A DNA stretch of 64,000 nt. Origin: Blastocladiella emersonii ATCC 22665 (lineage: Eukaryota; Fungi; Blastocladiomycota). This document shows, piece by piece, positions 22,337 to 33,857 of this stretch (position 1 is its first letter; each line of letters starts with the position of its first letter). Location: NCBI GenBank assembly GCA_025594325.1, contig JANHCV010000010.1, positions 496,001 through 560,000 on the forward strand, in the 5' to 3' direction. A program made the translations under genes and the position numbers. The notes beneath the pieces were generated by a model. That model saw nothing but the letters and a program-made list of their open reading frames with translations, did not search any database and was not told the DNA's origin.

Positions 22337-22912
22337 TCATTTTCGCGGTTCGCGATGGTGGCCATGGTCATGGTCATGGCCATAAACCGCGCGCTCGTGC
22401 CGAAAAAAATAGATCAAATTGTCACACTCCTTTGCGCTCGAGCGACTCGTTCGACTACTTGTGGGGCAACGAAAACCTCGGGCGGGGGCGGGCGAGAGCG
22501 CGAGTGTGCCTTTACGTGCGCCGCGATCCTGTCCGCGAGCTCGACCGCGCGTGTGCCGCTGCTGTCGCGCGTGTCCTTCCTGATCTGGCGCGGTGTTCGA
22601 GCGGAGCCGAAGGGAAACAGTCGCTTGCGGTCTGTGAGCGCGTCCGTGAGCTGCTTCGCGTAGGGCGGGCACGGTAGATCGCGTCGCGACGAGTCGCGAG
22701 TAAGCATGACGCGTAAGCGTCACGTTAATCATCTTGTCGTCGCGTGTGGCGGGTACGCTGAGGCCAAGCAAAAGAATGACGCGACTGAACTTGAAAAAGC
22801 TCATGGCAGGAACCGCAACGAGAACGGTGGGCGGGTCCGTGTTGATGCGCGACTCGAACAGCTGGGACACGAGCTGCAGCAAGCGGTACGTGTCGCCAAC
22901 ACGTGTCGCCAA
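22337..22912 (-). pseudogene. Degenerate tandem copy of the 23050-23800 coding module
   Basis: GDTYRLLQ...FFKFSRVILLLGLSVPATRDDKM and AKQLTDALTDRKR...HSRSRPPP match segments at 23050-23800, in different frames. Confidence 0.55.
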
Positions 22913-23050
22913 GACCCCGTTGGCTATCGCCGAGGCGCACTCACTACTCGTTCATTTATATTTCCATTTCAAAAGACCGTGCGAGAGGAGGATGTATGCA
23001 ACGATGTATATTGGAGTAGTTTCCATAACTTCGCTGCTTGCACGCTCTCT

Positions 23051-25603
23051 TCACTCAGCAGCTGGCGGGCGACAAAGGAGGTCAAGGTGCTCGCGCAGCT
23101 CGTCCCAGCGAGGGATCCCCTCCTCCGCGGGGATCGCGCCCAGCGCATTCTTGAGCGGCTCGAGCAGGACGCACGCCTTGAGGCGCTCGCACTCGACCAC
23201 GGGCGGCGGGTGGGAGCGCGAGTGGAGCTTGATGCGCCCGTCGACCTTGTCCGCGTGCTTGGCCGCGCGCGCGCCGCAGCTGTCGCGCCCGTCCGTCTCG
23301 AACTGGAGCGGAACTCGGGCGAACGCGAACGGGACTGGCCGCTTGAGGTCGGTGAGCACGTCAATGAGCTGTTTCGCGGCGGGAGTGCGAGACTTGGCTA
23401 GAAGTGGCACGCGCGCGTCGTGGTGGTCAGCGGGTCATCCGCAACGTATCGTGAGCGACGACAACGTACCGCACATGTTGAGAAAGACGGCCTGCGAGCC
23501 CTTGCCGCGACGAGGGATGACGTACTTGAGGTGCGCTGGCGAGACGGCGGCGACGAGCGCGACCTCGGCCACGATCTTGAGCGACGCGAACGGCGTGGCA
23601 TCGATCATCTGCAGCGTCGCGTCAACCATCTTCTCGCGCATGGCGGGCACACGGAGGCCGAGCACCGGGATGGCGCGGCTAAAGTTGTCGAAGATGCCGG
23701 CGGGGATCGAGGCGCGGTCGCCGAGCGGGTCGCCGTGTGGGTTATCACACGACGGGCGCAGCGCGCTCTGGAGCGCTCGGTACGCGTCGCCGAGTGACTA
23801 GGCGCCAGTCACGGTTCGACCGCGACCCCGCTGCGGCTCGCGCCGCATGTACATGAGCAGCGGCGAGACCTTGGCGTAGACGAGGAAGCGCTCCCACAGC
23901 GGGTCGTTCGCGCCGTCGTCGCCGAGCCACGACGGGTAGTCGACGTCGTCGTACACGGCGGCGCGGTACCACTGCCGCGCGCGCTTGAGGAGCGAGGCGT
24001 GCGAGGTGTGAGTGAGCGCGCTTATGACCTCGACTTTGGCGGCGTCGCGGGGGATCAGCACCTCGCCGCAGCCGAGCGCCTCCTCGATGTTGTCGGCAAC
24101 GCACGCGAGGAACAGCACGATCTGCGCGAGGTCCTCGGCCTCGGCCGCGAGCGACGACGTGGCCCGACCGCGCGCCGGGTGCCGCAGCCGCGCGAGCAGC
24201 TTTCGGTAGTCGATCGTGTCGCCCGCCTCCGACATGGCCTCAGCGAGCACGCCGCCGTCGTGCGGTCCGTCGGCGCGGATCTGCTCGATGAAGTCGTCAA
24301 GCAGGTCCGGGTCCGTGAGCAGGTTCTCGATGCGCGAGTACACGAACGCGCCGAACAGCTGCGTGCCCGGCTCGGCGCCCGTTGGGGTCTCGACGCCGAG
24401 GTACGCGAGGATGTGCGCGCGTCGGTGGGCGGGGACGAGCGCGACGATGCGTGCTGTGACTGCGGCGGCGGCTGACGTGGCGGCGGGCGTGGGGCGAGGC
24501 GACGTGGGCGAGCGCGGTGGCGAGCGCGAACGAGGCGATGTGGACAAACGCGGTGGCGAGTGCGGACTAGGTGGAGTGGGCGAGAGCGGCGGCGAGAGCG
24601 GCGGCGAGCGCGAAGAGGTGCGAGATGAAGCGGAGGAGCGCGGTGCTGGTCGCTGCTCGAGTAGCGGCGCCACGGGAGTCGTGTCCTCGTCGTCCGATAG
24701 GTCATCCATGTCGGCGGCGCCCTCCTCGTCGGTGAGGGTGACGAGTGGTGCACGCGGAGGCGGAGCCACGATGGAGGGCGAAGGCGAGGGCGAAGGCTTG
24801 GCAGGCGAGGAAGCAGGGGACGCAGCGGGCACGAGCAGGTTGGTGCCTGTGGGCAGCGGCGGCAAGTCAAGGTCCATTGGCTCAGCCTTGATCGTCGCGT
24901 CGCATTCGACACGCGGGGTGCGCGACGGCAACGGAGGCGTGTCAACGGGTACCTTGACGCGCACCAGCGGGCGTGGCGGCGTGGACGGCGGGCCGTCGGT
25001 GATGGGCATGGTCGACGCCGGCTCGAGCGGCGCGGGCCGGTCCCGGCGAGAGCGAGGCGACGTAGATGCCGAGGCGGCGTGGACAGGAGGGCTGCAGCTG
25101 CGTCGACCGTCACGACTCGAACTGCGACGGCGGATTGAGATGGCGGACTCGCGCGCGACAGGTACCGGGCGGGACTCCAGCGGCGCGTCGCTGAACGTCT
25201 CGGCAGCCGCAGACCCGTTGAGCAGTTCCGTGCGCTCGAGTTCCATGGCCTGCCCGGCGCGCGACCACACTTCCGTCGTGTCAAAGAACGCGGCCTCGTC
25301 GGCGCGCTGGAAGATGACGCGGTAGCCGTCGGGAAGGTCCATGTAGACGGAGTGCGACGGCGCCGGCATAGAACGGAGCACCGAGTCGACGCCCGCTTCC
25401 CGCAGCCAGTCGAGGTAGAGCCTCGCAGCATGACGGTTCGGAGTCACCGGCGGGCCGCCGAGATTTGGGGCGGTGGCGGGATGCACGCTTGGGCGGTCCA
25501 GGCGCAAGGCCGCAGCGGCAGGTGACGAGACTGCCAACTCGGACGTTCTCGCGCGGCGGGGCGGCGCGCCGCGGTCCCGATCGTAGGATTCATGGAGTTG
25601 CAT
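23051..25603 (-). CDS. Orphan Pro/Ser-rich protein; probable extra 3' exons to ~23051
   Basis: Long ORF 25603-23798 with core-like codon bias. Downstream coding-like segments (LGDAYRALQ...NFSRAIPVLGLRVPAMREKM; AKQLIDVLTDLKR) are separated by GT..CTGAC..AG-like gaps. Exact model unresolved. Confidence 0.5.
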
Positions 25604-25735
25604 TTTGCATGAGGTTAACGTGACGCCCGTCGAGACTGGGTCGCGGCGGGATGAGCGGTGGGCAGGCGGCGCGATCAGAGCAGCAATGGGCCGTGCGATC
25701 ACATGATAAATCAACGCGTCTCTCAACCGGTCTCT
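25604..25735 (-). promoter_or_regulatory. Upstream element shared with the LRR gene at 28177
   Basis: gcattttgcatgaggttaacgtgacgccc vs gcattttgcatggagtttacgtggcgccc, and ccgtgcgatcacatgataaatYRacgcgtctYtcaa at ~25692 and ~28314. Contains GATA-like and ACGCGT motifs. Confidence 0.55.
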
Positions 25736-26400
25736 CTCGTCGGCCGAGCGAGTCGAACCACGTCATTAACCTGCAACTTCACTCCCAGGTCAAGCAACTC
25801 GTACTTAGGCTTATGAGTGGCGCGAATGCCGAGGTGAAGGGCTCTCCGCGCGATGCTTGTGACGAAATCGACGCCGTTGTCATCAAGACCGGAATGGCGT
25901 GGCTCAAGTTGTCGACGATGGTGGCGGGATCGCGACACGGATAACTAGCGAGTCGCCATGCGGGTCCTCGCACAGAGCGCCATGCAGCGCTCGGTAAGCG
26001 TCGGCAAGTCCCTCCGCGCTGACGGCAGGCGAGGCGTCATGCGCGCAAGGTCGCGGCGCATGTAGTGCACTTGATACTGAGGAGCGCGGAGAGGTGCGCG
26101 AGGCGGTGGGGTGAGCTGCGCAGCAGCGGACGCGACAACGGCTGCGGTAGCTGATAAGTGTGAAAACAAGGACGAGCGACGCGAGGCGACGAGAAGAGTG
26201 AGTTCGAAGATGTGAGTGGACATGACGACGAGCGAGGCGAACCAACGATTCTGGTTGCGGTCCCAGTGTCTGTGCCGCGGCAGCCGCGTCGTTGCCGTCC
26301 AACATGTCATCCATGTTGGCGACGTGCTCCTCATTGGTGAGAGTGATGGTGTGCGAGACTGCGCACAATGTGTTGTTGAGCGAGCGGGCAGTAAAAGAAC
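25690..26400 (-). pseudogene. Third degenerate copy of the LADAYRAL...AIPVL module
   Basis: YMRRD...LADAYRALHGALCEDPHGD...DNLSHAIPVL is homologous to 23650-23860, with frameshifts. Confidence 0.45.
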
Positions 26401-26485
26401 CGTCAGGAACGACGCAGCATCTCGTGTATTCATGTCAGTTGCCAGGTTTGCGTGGCACAACCCCGGAACGACAGCAGCACAACCC

Positions 26486-28177
26486 TCATCTGTACCGATA
26501 GAACGAAGTGTTCGCCGTGGGCAATAAGGCGGCCTTGAGTGCCGCGCGACCTTGGTCCGTCAGGTTGTCAGTTGGGTAAGAGAGGGGTTTGAGAGAGTTT
26601 GGTAAATGCTTGGCGAGAGCGAACGCTCCGATGTCCGTGACTTGATTTTTATTCAAGGATAAATCAAACAAGGTCGGCGGGAGCGCTGGCGCGAGCGCTT
26701 CCACCGCCTTGTCGTCAAGCTGTGCCGAATCAAGTATCAGTCGTTCAAGCCGCGGAGGCATGTGCGTCGCTAGGAGCGTCGCGCCTTCCAGCCCGACATC
26801 AGCCGACATCAAGGTAAGTTGTGCGAGCGAATGCGGGAGCTTCGGAATCAGAGCCAGCATACCAGCGCGCGACATGTTGCATCGAACAGCAACAAGGTGT
26901 TTGAGACCTTGAGGGAGCGCTCGGGCAAGTGCGACGATCGCATCGTCTCTCGCTGGCTTGGAGGCATCGAATTCAAGGACGAGGGATTCAAGCGCAAAGC
27001 GGGCTGGGTCGCCGAATGGGAGGAACAGCTGAGGCGACAGGTCGCTGCCCGAGATCACGAGCGTGTTGAGCTGCAGAGGGAGCGATTGCGAAACCTCGCG
27101 CGCCAGAGGTGGAGTGGGTGGGGTGTCAATCGATCCAGAACGCGAGTTGCCGCCAGTCTCAGTCGTAAGTCCAACCAGCAGCTCGTGGAGCGATGCAGGG
27201 AGTAGCGGAGCAAGTTTAGCAAAACCCGCGCTTGTCAAGCGGTTCATTGCAAGATCGAGTTTGCGGAGGTGCGGCGGAAGGGCACGCGCGAGCTCGAGAG
27301 CGCCACCATCGTTGAGGCCGCAGTTGGAAAGAAACAAGGATTCAAGCGCTGCGGGAAGGTTACGAGTCAAGGAGGGGATTGCGGCTGCGGAGATCCGTGC
27401 AGAAGTGATGGTCAGAGTTTCGAGGGCCTGCGGCCAAACGATTGGCACGAGATGACGTGACGACGCGGGTGTGCTGCCGAACCAGTATCCCGCAAAGAAG
27501 GCAGAGCGCAAGGACGGGGGGAGTCTCAGGGCAAGCAGCCGCGGTAGGTCAACCGTGCATCCGTCCATCCGAATTGACTCAAGAGACTGCGTGGGGCTGG
27601 CCATGGCGGCGTTGAGTGCGTTGATTCCAGCAATTGAGATGGGTCGAGGATTCAACACTAGGTTTGTGACGGAACCTGATGCAACCTTTGCACAAACCTT
27701 GTCAAGTCCTTCGTCCACGGAGAGAACTCGGAAGGCATCCTTGTCGTCCGAGTCAAAATCTTGGTACGATCGAGGCCGGACTCCCAGGGCGACATGGGCA
27801 TCCGGATACTCGTCGCCGCGGCGGTCGAGCCAGCGTTTGATTTGGGCAACGTTGAACGAGCCTGAAGCGCGCCACCATTCGAGAGTGTCGAGATGCCGCC
27901 CGTCGATAGCGCTCTCAAGCGCGCCAAATGAGCAGCGAAGCGGAACACCGAGAGCAACCAATTTGTTGAGCGCGACGACATTTCCGCACGCAGTCGCCTC
28001 CTCGAGTGTGAAGTACACTGCACGGTGCTGGAAGATGCGCTGAACTCGTGGGGCCAAAGCCGGTGGAAAGACGCCGACGTACTCGAGGAGCCCAAGCGTG
28101 TCGGCAGGGTCGTGTCGCAAAATCGCATAAACAAGAATCCGTTCGATGATTTCAGGCACATGAATAGCTTTGAGCAT
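26486..28177 (-). CDS. LRR family A protein, 563 aa, intronless
   Basis: MLKAIHVPEIIERILVYAIL..., HLDTLEWWRASG, multiple LPxxLxxLxL repeats; paralog of 12480-14249. Confidence 0.85.
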   Translation of the reverse strand: MLKAIHVPEIIERILVYAILRHDPADTLGLLEYVGVFPPALAPRVQRIFQHRAVYFTLEEATACGNVVALNKLVALGVPLRCSFGALESAIDGRHLDTLEWWRASGSFNVAQIKRWLDRRGDEYPDAHVALGVRPRSYQDFDSDDKDAFRVLSVDEGLDKVCAKVASGSVTNLVLNPRPISIAGINALNAAMASPTQSLESIRMDGCTVDLPRLLALRLPPSLRSAFFAGYWFGSTPASSRHLVPIVWPQALETLTITSARISAAAIPSLTRNLPAALESLFLSNCGLNDGGALELARALPPHLRKLDLAMNRLTSAGFAKLAPLLPASLHELLVGLTTETGGNSRSGSIDTPPTPPLAREVSQSLPLQLNTLVISGSDLSPQLFLPFGDPARFALESLVLEFDASKPARDDAIVALARALPQGLKHLVAVRCNMSRAGMLALIPKLPHSLAQLTLMSADVGLEGATLLATHMPPRLERLILDSAQLDDKAVEALAPALPPTLFDLSLNKNQVTDIGAFALAKHLPNSLKPLSYPTDNLTDQGRAALKAALLPTANTSFYRYR

Positions 28178-28360
28178 TTTGCATGGAGTTTACGTGGCGC
28201 CCGCCGTGGGGTGTTGTTGAGTTGCGAACGGCGGACAGGCGGCAGTCGAGCGAAAGGAGCCCCGGCCGACGCAAAAATGAAGGCTTGAACCAGCACCCCT
28301 GCTTGAACATGCACCGTGCGATCACATGATAAATTGACGCGTCTTTCAATCTGCGAGAGA
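28178..28360 (-). promoter_or_regulatory. Upstream element shared with 25604-25735
   Basis: Same two conserved blocks, in the same order relative to the ATG. Confidence 0.55.
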
Positions 28361-30388
28361 CAGCTTCGTCGAGGGGTGTTGCGATTTCCGTCGAAAGTAC
28401 ATCTGATCTTACATTGGGCGATTCGCGTTCACTTCTCGGGTTCTAAACTACACGAGCCCATGCGAACGTCATATAAACGCGTCGATTCGGTGCGAGACAT
28501 GAACACGCTTCAAATGTCTCGCGCGGGTCGCGCGGGTCACGCGATCCGCCACTGACTGATCGATTGCACTGCGGAGCCTCGAACTGGAGTAGTCTCGGTG
28601 CACAGATTCGTTCCCACGTGTGGCGCGCCGTTGGACCTGCCAAACGCGTCAAAGTGGCGCTCGGGCTGACCGTGGAAACGAGTCTGGAATCTAGTTTCAC
28701 CCCCACCCCTCCCGCCACGTATTTCGCGCGGATAATCGTTCGCGCCGCGTTACTTCCCCGCTCGTAATAAAAGTCGCCTCGGTCGACTCAGACGATGGAC
28801 ATGATTTTACACGCCCTACCCGCTCGTGCAGGTCCGGCCCCGTAAATCCGCACCGATCACGCTGGAGAGGTGGGTCCTGCCTCGGCGGGGGTCCGGGGTC
28901 CTCGGCCGATCCGCGCCGACGTCGCACCGGCACCTCCATGGCCCGTTTGGCCTCGGACCGGGCGCATTCGAAAGCGCTTCTCCCAGGCTACACGCTGGTA
29001 CCAATTTAAAATGGGACGGCTCACGGGGTGGCGAGAAGGGGCGAGCATCGACTCGGCGCGCCTGTGGAGGTCGGGCACCAAGTGGCGACCTCGCTCAAAC
29101 AAGCTGGATGTGTTTTATTGTGTTGCAGGAGCCCCCTGTACTGGTTTGCAGTGAGTGCGCTCGGTGGGGAGTTGGGTATGGTCCGCGAAAGGTTGGGTCG
29201 GAGCGCGTCCACGCGACTGACTTGCAGGCGACCCGCCGACCGTGCCACTTGGTCGATTTCCGAGTTCTCGACGGTTTCTGATAGAGCTCAACGGGCTGAA
29301 CATGATGGTGGTCAGGAACTCACGAAGGCCAGCGATCTGACGTCCCTGGGTGGGGGCGAAGCAGCTGTTGACTTTGCGCTCAAGCGAGGCGAGTTAAATG
29401 GGTGCTACCGAGCCAAAACACCGCCCAAACGAAATTAATGGGCCTTGTTTACGTCTCACGATGTTTTGCTTTGGACCCGGCGAAAGGGAGTTGTGTGTGT
29501 GGTCAAGCGGCGGTAGGACTTGAGCGCGACCCGCGCTCGCCGCGCCCAAGTCCCCCGCTGCGCCACCCACTCCCCTTGTTCGTGGACTCCACTCTTCATG
29601 TAACCCCACGAAAGATGTCGAGAGAGCTCCCCAAGTGACGATATCAAGGTTTGTCGACGTAAAGTTTGAGCTGCCAACGACTAGCCGCGTACGTGGCCTT
29701 CTGTCAGTGCAACTTGCCGCGGGCTCGCGTTTGTGATCGGGCAGCCCCAGATTGGGTAGCCACCGATGGCCCCGAGTCTGCTCTTTCGAACAAGCATGGT
29801 CCGAGGGAAAGTTGTTTGGGGGGCACGTCGAGCGGGTCGCCCGAAAGGTGATCGCGGTGACGCACTCCGACCAACCATCGGCGCTCACTTTCCACCGTCG
29901 CAACAACCCCCCACCACCGACCTACTTGGTGCAAAGGCACCTAATCCGATCAAAATAAGTTGCTCTTTCCAAGGAGACTAGTTACGGAGAAATCGGATCA
30001 GGTGCCTAACGTCAGCAAGGCGGGGAAGTCGGGGTTTGGCCCTGTTCACTCAGACCTGACTCAATTGAGACGTGACGGGTACGAGCGAGTTGCCCCGGCC
30101 GAGAGCTTTCGAAAACTGTCAATCGCAGTGAAATCGGCCTCGTGGGGAGCCCGGACGGGGTGGGTCGGCCTCCGAGCGCGACGCCCGCCCGCGCTTCCCG
30201 CGCCTGATCCTCCGCACCAGTACGGATTTAGGCTTAGCAGACCGCAGATCCGCGTAGCCCATGATGCATCGCACGAGATTGCTGAATGACCCGAGGCCAA
30301 AAGATCAACGGTGGGGGTGGAATTGACGAAAGACCGCGCCGGGGGTAATTATCGGCGAGAAAAGCACTGCTGAGTGGACACGTTGCGC

Positions 30389-30660
30389 AATTCGGGCCTC
30401 CCCCCGAATCCTGAAAGGCTGGCGCGTCCACGCGACCTGCGCCGCCGCCAGCTTGCGGGCGCCGCCGCGACCTGCCACCCATGTCGCCGCTCGCGGAACG
30501 CGGCCGACGCGTGGAAGCGAGGCCTGAAAGTTCGGCCCTCGCTTTGCAGGGAGTCGCGAGTGCAGCGCTCGTCGAGAGGCGTGGCAGGTCGCTTGCGTTG
30601 CGGTTCGGCGCGTCGCGTGACGCGGCCCAGCCTTTCAGGATTCGGGGGGAGGCCCGAATT
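30389..30660. mobile_element. MITE-like element (~272 bp)
   Basis: Perfect 34-bp inverted repeat aattcgggcctccccccgaatcctgaaaggctgg (30389-30422) / 30627-30660. The terminal AATT is palindromic and could be a TSD. No ORF of note. Confidence 0.75.
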
Positions 30661-31030
30661 CACCTTTCCGACTGTCCCCCCAGGCCGAGGCTTGTGCCCG
30701 GGCGGTGTCATCATGTGAGCGGCGCTGGGGGGAAAACCCGCACCGCATCGCACGGGGAATCGGCTCACGTGGTGGCGTTTCAGCCACACAGTGGGGGCTG
30801 TCGGAAAGGTCTGTTGCGCAACGTGTCCAGTGAAACTAGACTCCAGACTCGTTTACGCGTCGGCCTGCACGCCGTGACCCCACGTGACCCCTCTGACGCC
30901 CCTGCCGTAAGCGGAAACGAGCTGGCACCGAGACTAGAACTGGAGCGTCGACGTGCGCCGCTGGCCGCCTCCCCTCCCAAGCACGACGGTGACGACACCA
31001 TATGAAGCGAGGACACTTGATGCAACTCCC

Positions 31031-31862
31031 ATGAAAACTCCCATCGAGCTTATTGAGGCCATATTGATCGAGACCGCCAAGGACGAGGCGGGCGAGTTTG
31101 ACCCGCTGCCGTACCTCCGTGTGGCGCCCGGCCTCACCGAGCTCCGCCGTGCCGTCTTCAATCTTCGAATCCGGCCCGCGTTTCTCGACGCCGTCAAATC
31201 CATGAACGTGCCTCTGCTCAGAAGCTGCGTCAAATACCGCGGGGCGGCGAATCTCAATGTCCCCAAATTTGCACTAATCGAGGCCAACAAGGAGGGCCAC
31301 CTCGATTTTATTGCCTGGTGGTTCTCGTTGGGACTTCGCGTTCCGCAGCACTCGCGAAATTTGTGCACGCTTCATGTCGGCGCGCTCGAGCTGTGGCGCC
31401 ACTCGGGCGCCAAGCTCAAGGACAAGGAGCTGCCCGTTGATGAAGCGGCTGAGGCGGGTCGCGTCGACGTGCTTGAGTGGTGGCGAGCCAGCGGGCTCGA
31501 CTTTAAGCATTCGAGTCGCGCCTTTGTGGGAGTACGTGATCGTGAGCGCGCTCCAGGCCGGCCAACCACAGTCGCTTGCGTGGATCCTCGCGCACCATGT
31601 CCCGCGGGACGATCCGCGGTGGCTCACGCGGCCGCCGGCCATCAACCATGCGGCGAACGCGGGTAAGGTCAACGTGCTCGAGTGGCTCGCGGCCAACCTC
31701 CCGCGCGAGGCCCTCCAGTACGACGACGTGGACCGGTGGAACGTGGCCGACGACGTGAGGAGTTGGTTCTATGCTTCCAACCGCAGCCTCACACCAAGCC
31801 GCGACGTGACCAGGTCGTTGCTTCGCTCGCAGCGCGAATACTTGGCTTCTGGGCGGTGGTGA
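31031..31862 (+). pseudogene. F-box-like ankyrin-repeat paralog of 20949-22289, with internal deletion and frameshift
   Basis: MKTPIELIEAIL...FDPLPYLRVAPG matches the paralog. Frame changes near 31520; the later frame gives VPRDDPRW...AGKVNVLEWLAANLP, matching VPAGDPRW...AGRTPVLAWLNENLP. Confidence 0.75.
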
Positions 31863-31957
31863 CCTGGCCATCCTGTCGCCTCATCGGTGCCCCGCGTCGC
31901 CAACCTTTTGTACCGTCACTATATTGCATTGAATCGTTTCCTCTCCCGCTCATCGTC

Positions 31958-33726
31958 CAGGGGGAGGCGACGAGTCCGACGTGGCCAAGAAAATCGCGGC
32001 TGAACCCAGGGCCAAACCCTCCGCGCCCGCCACGTGACATTAACGCGTCTCTCACCGCATGTCTCGCACCGCGCGTTCCACAGGAGGGATCGGAGCAAAT
32101 AAATTTATCAACATTGAGACACCTCAACACTTCGCGGCTATTTTCCAATTGAGGGTTCAAGCCCGCGCAACGCAAGGCGCTCGCGCCGTGGAAGAGAACT
32201 CATGTTCAAACAGCAGCCAGGCTCACGTTGAGCGGGTCTGCGCTTCGCTGCTGCGGCAGTGCTTGTCAACCGGGTGAAAGATCGACGCGAGGCAGTACGG
32301 CGCGGAGCCTGATGCTCTGTGATGCGTGTACAGAAAGGGAGGGCAGGGCAGATGGTCCCTCGCGCCTGGTGGCAGCGGAGGGCACCTTGGATCAGCGCGC
32401 GGCTTTGACGCTGTTCAGCGCGAGAGCCACACGTGCTCCGGAACGGCGCTCGAGGCGATGGCCGTGTCAGCGGGGAGCGCGAGACGTGGGTCGATGAGCT
32501 CGCGCAGGTGACCAAACACATGCTTGAACCACTCGACAAACGGTTTGTCCACGACGGCCGCGGTGCACTCGGTGCGGTTCGGGTTGAGGAACCCGCGGCG
32601 CTGGAAGCCCGGGAGCGAGCTTTCAGCGCGAGACTCGCTTCGGCGGGTGCGGCGCGGGCCGCCTCGAAGTGCGGTGGTGAGGGCTGGAACGTTGATGGAT
32701 GCGGGCGCGATATTAGTGGTTGCGGTCGCGGTCAGAGCGAGCAGCGAGTCGCGTTGCGCACCGTGTAGGCGGCGGAGAGCGCGTCGCGGGCCCATCTTGA
32801 TTAAAATTGCAGCCCCGCCAGCGCACCTTGAAGCACGTGTCCAGCTCCGCGGGGACGGCGGCCGCGACTCCCAGTGGCAGATGCATGGCGGCGCCCTCGT
32901 TGAACAGCGCGTTGGCCTCCTCGTTGCCCGAGTTCCCCGCGTGGCCGCGAACCCACTCGAAGTTCACTTGGAGCTCGCGGGCCCCGATGATCCAGCGAAG
33001 CATGGCCGACTCGAGCGAGCACGTTGCGCGGACCCGCACCCTCAGATAAAGTGAGAGTATCCTTACGTGAATGCGAGCTTGGCGTTGTGGCGAGTGGAAG
33101 CAGCGGCGGCGGGTGCTCCCCACAGCTCGGAACGGAGGTTCAAGAAGTTTCCGCCAGGAACGCAACAGCGAGCTCTGGTGACCCACTCACGAAAACGCCT
33201 GCGCCCGCGGCCGCGTCCGGCGCCTGAGGACTGCGGCGTGGTGCGATCCGTCTGCGTAAACGGTCCCGCTCGCGGTGCACGCGCGTGTTCAGGAAGGTTG
33301 AGCGAGAGAACCGACTGCGCGAAGCCAGCTGACTCTAACACCGCGGCCTCGTCTATGATATGCGCGAGCTGCGCGATCTGTGCCGCGGGGTCATGAACGA
33401 CTGGGGCGACCGCTTCGGGGGAGAGTGCGCGACGAGCAAAGCGGTGACGTAGCTAGCCCAAGTAGTTTGGACACGGCGAGCGCAACCAGTGGCCGCGGCG
33501 CGCGTCTGTTCAGATTTTTACACCAGTTAGTTCATAGATCCCATCCTTGTTTACCCTTTATTAATTTTGCGCGGCCAGGAGTCGCCGCTGGGTCGGCGAG
33601 GCAGACGCGTCGCGGTGCGAGACATGCGGTGAGAGACGCGTTAATGTCACGTGGCGGGCGCGGAGGGTTTGGCCCTGGGTTCAGCCGCGATTTTCTTGGC
33701 CACGTCGGACTCGTCGCCTCCCCCTG
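31958..33726. mobile_element. Non-autonomous Mutator-like (MULE) element with captured retroelement fragment
   Basis: 116-bp identical TIRs (31958-32073 / 33611-33726) and 9-bp direct flanks ctcatcgtc (31949-31957 / 33727-33735). No transposase recognised inside. Confidence 0.85.
32790..33060 (-). pseudogene. RNase H1-type fragment (non-LTR retrotransposon-like)
   Basis: LQVNFEWVRGHAGNSGNEEANALFNEGA fits the WVxGHxGxxGNExADxLA motif, with the last catalytic Asp as Asn; N-terminal part missing. Confidence 0.75.
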
Positions 33727-33857
33727 CTCATCGTCGTGAAGCGCGAGAGACCCTTCTCCTTGAGGTCAGCGAGCGCGAGACTGAGCTCAGATCACACAAG
33801 TTACTACGCTACAAGGCAAAATATATCACACTTCCTCCTCACCAACACGACACTTCT

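Noticed and set aside
29435-29460. GGGCCTTGTTT, resembling a Tourist/PIF TIR
   Set aside because: No matching opposite TIR or TAA/TTA duplication found.
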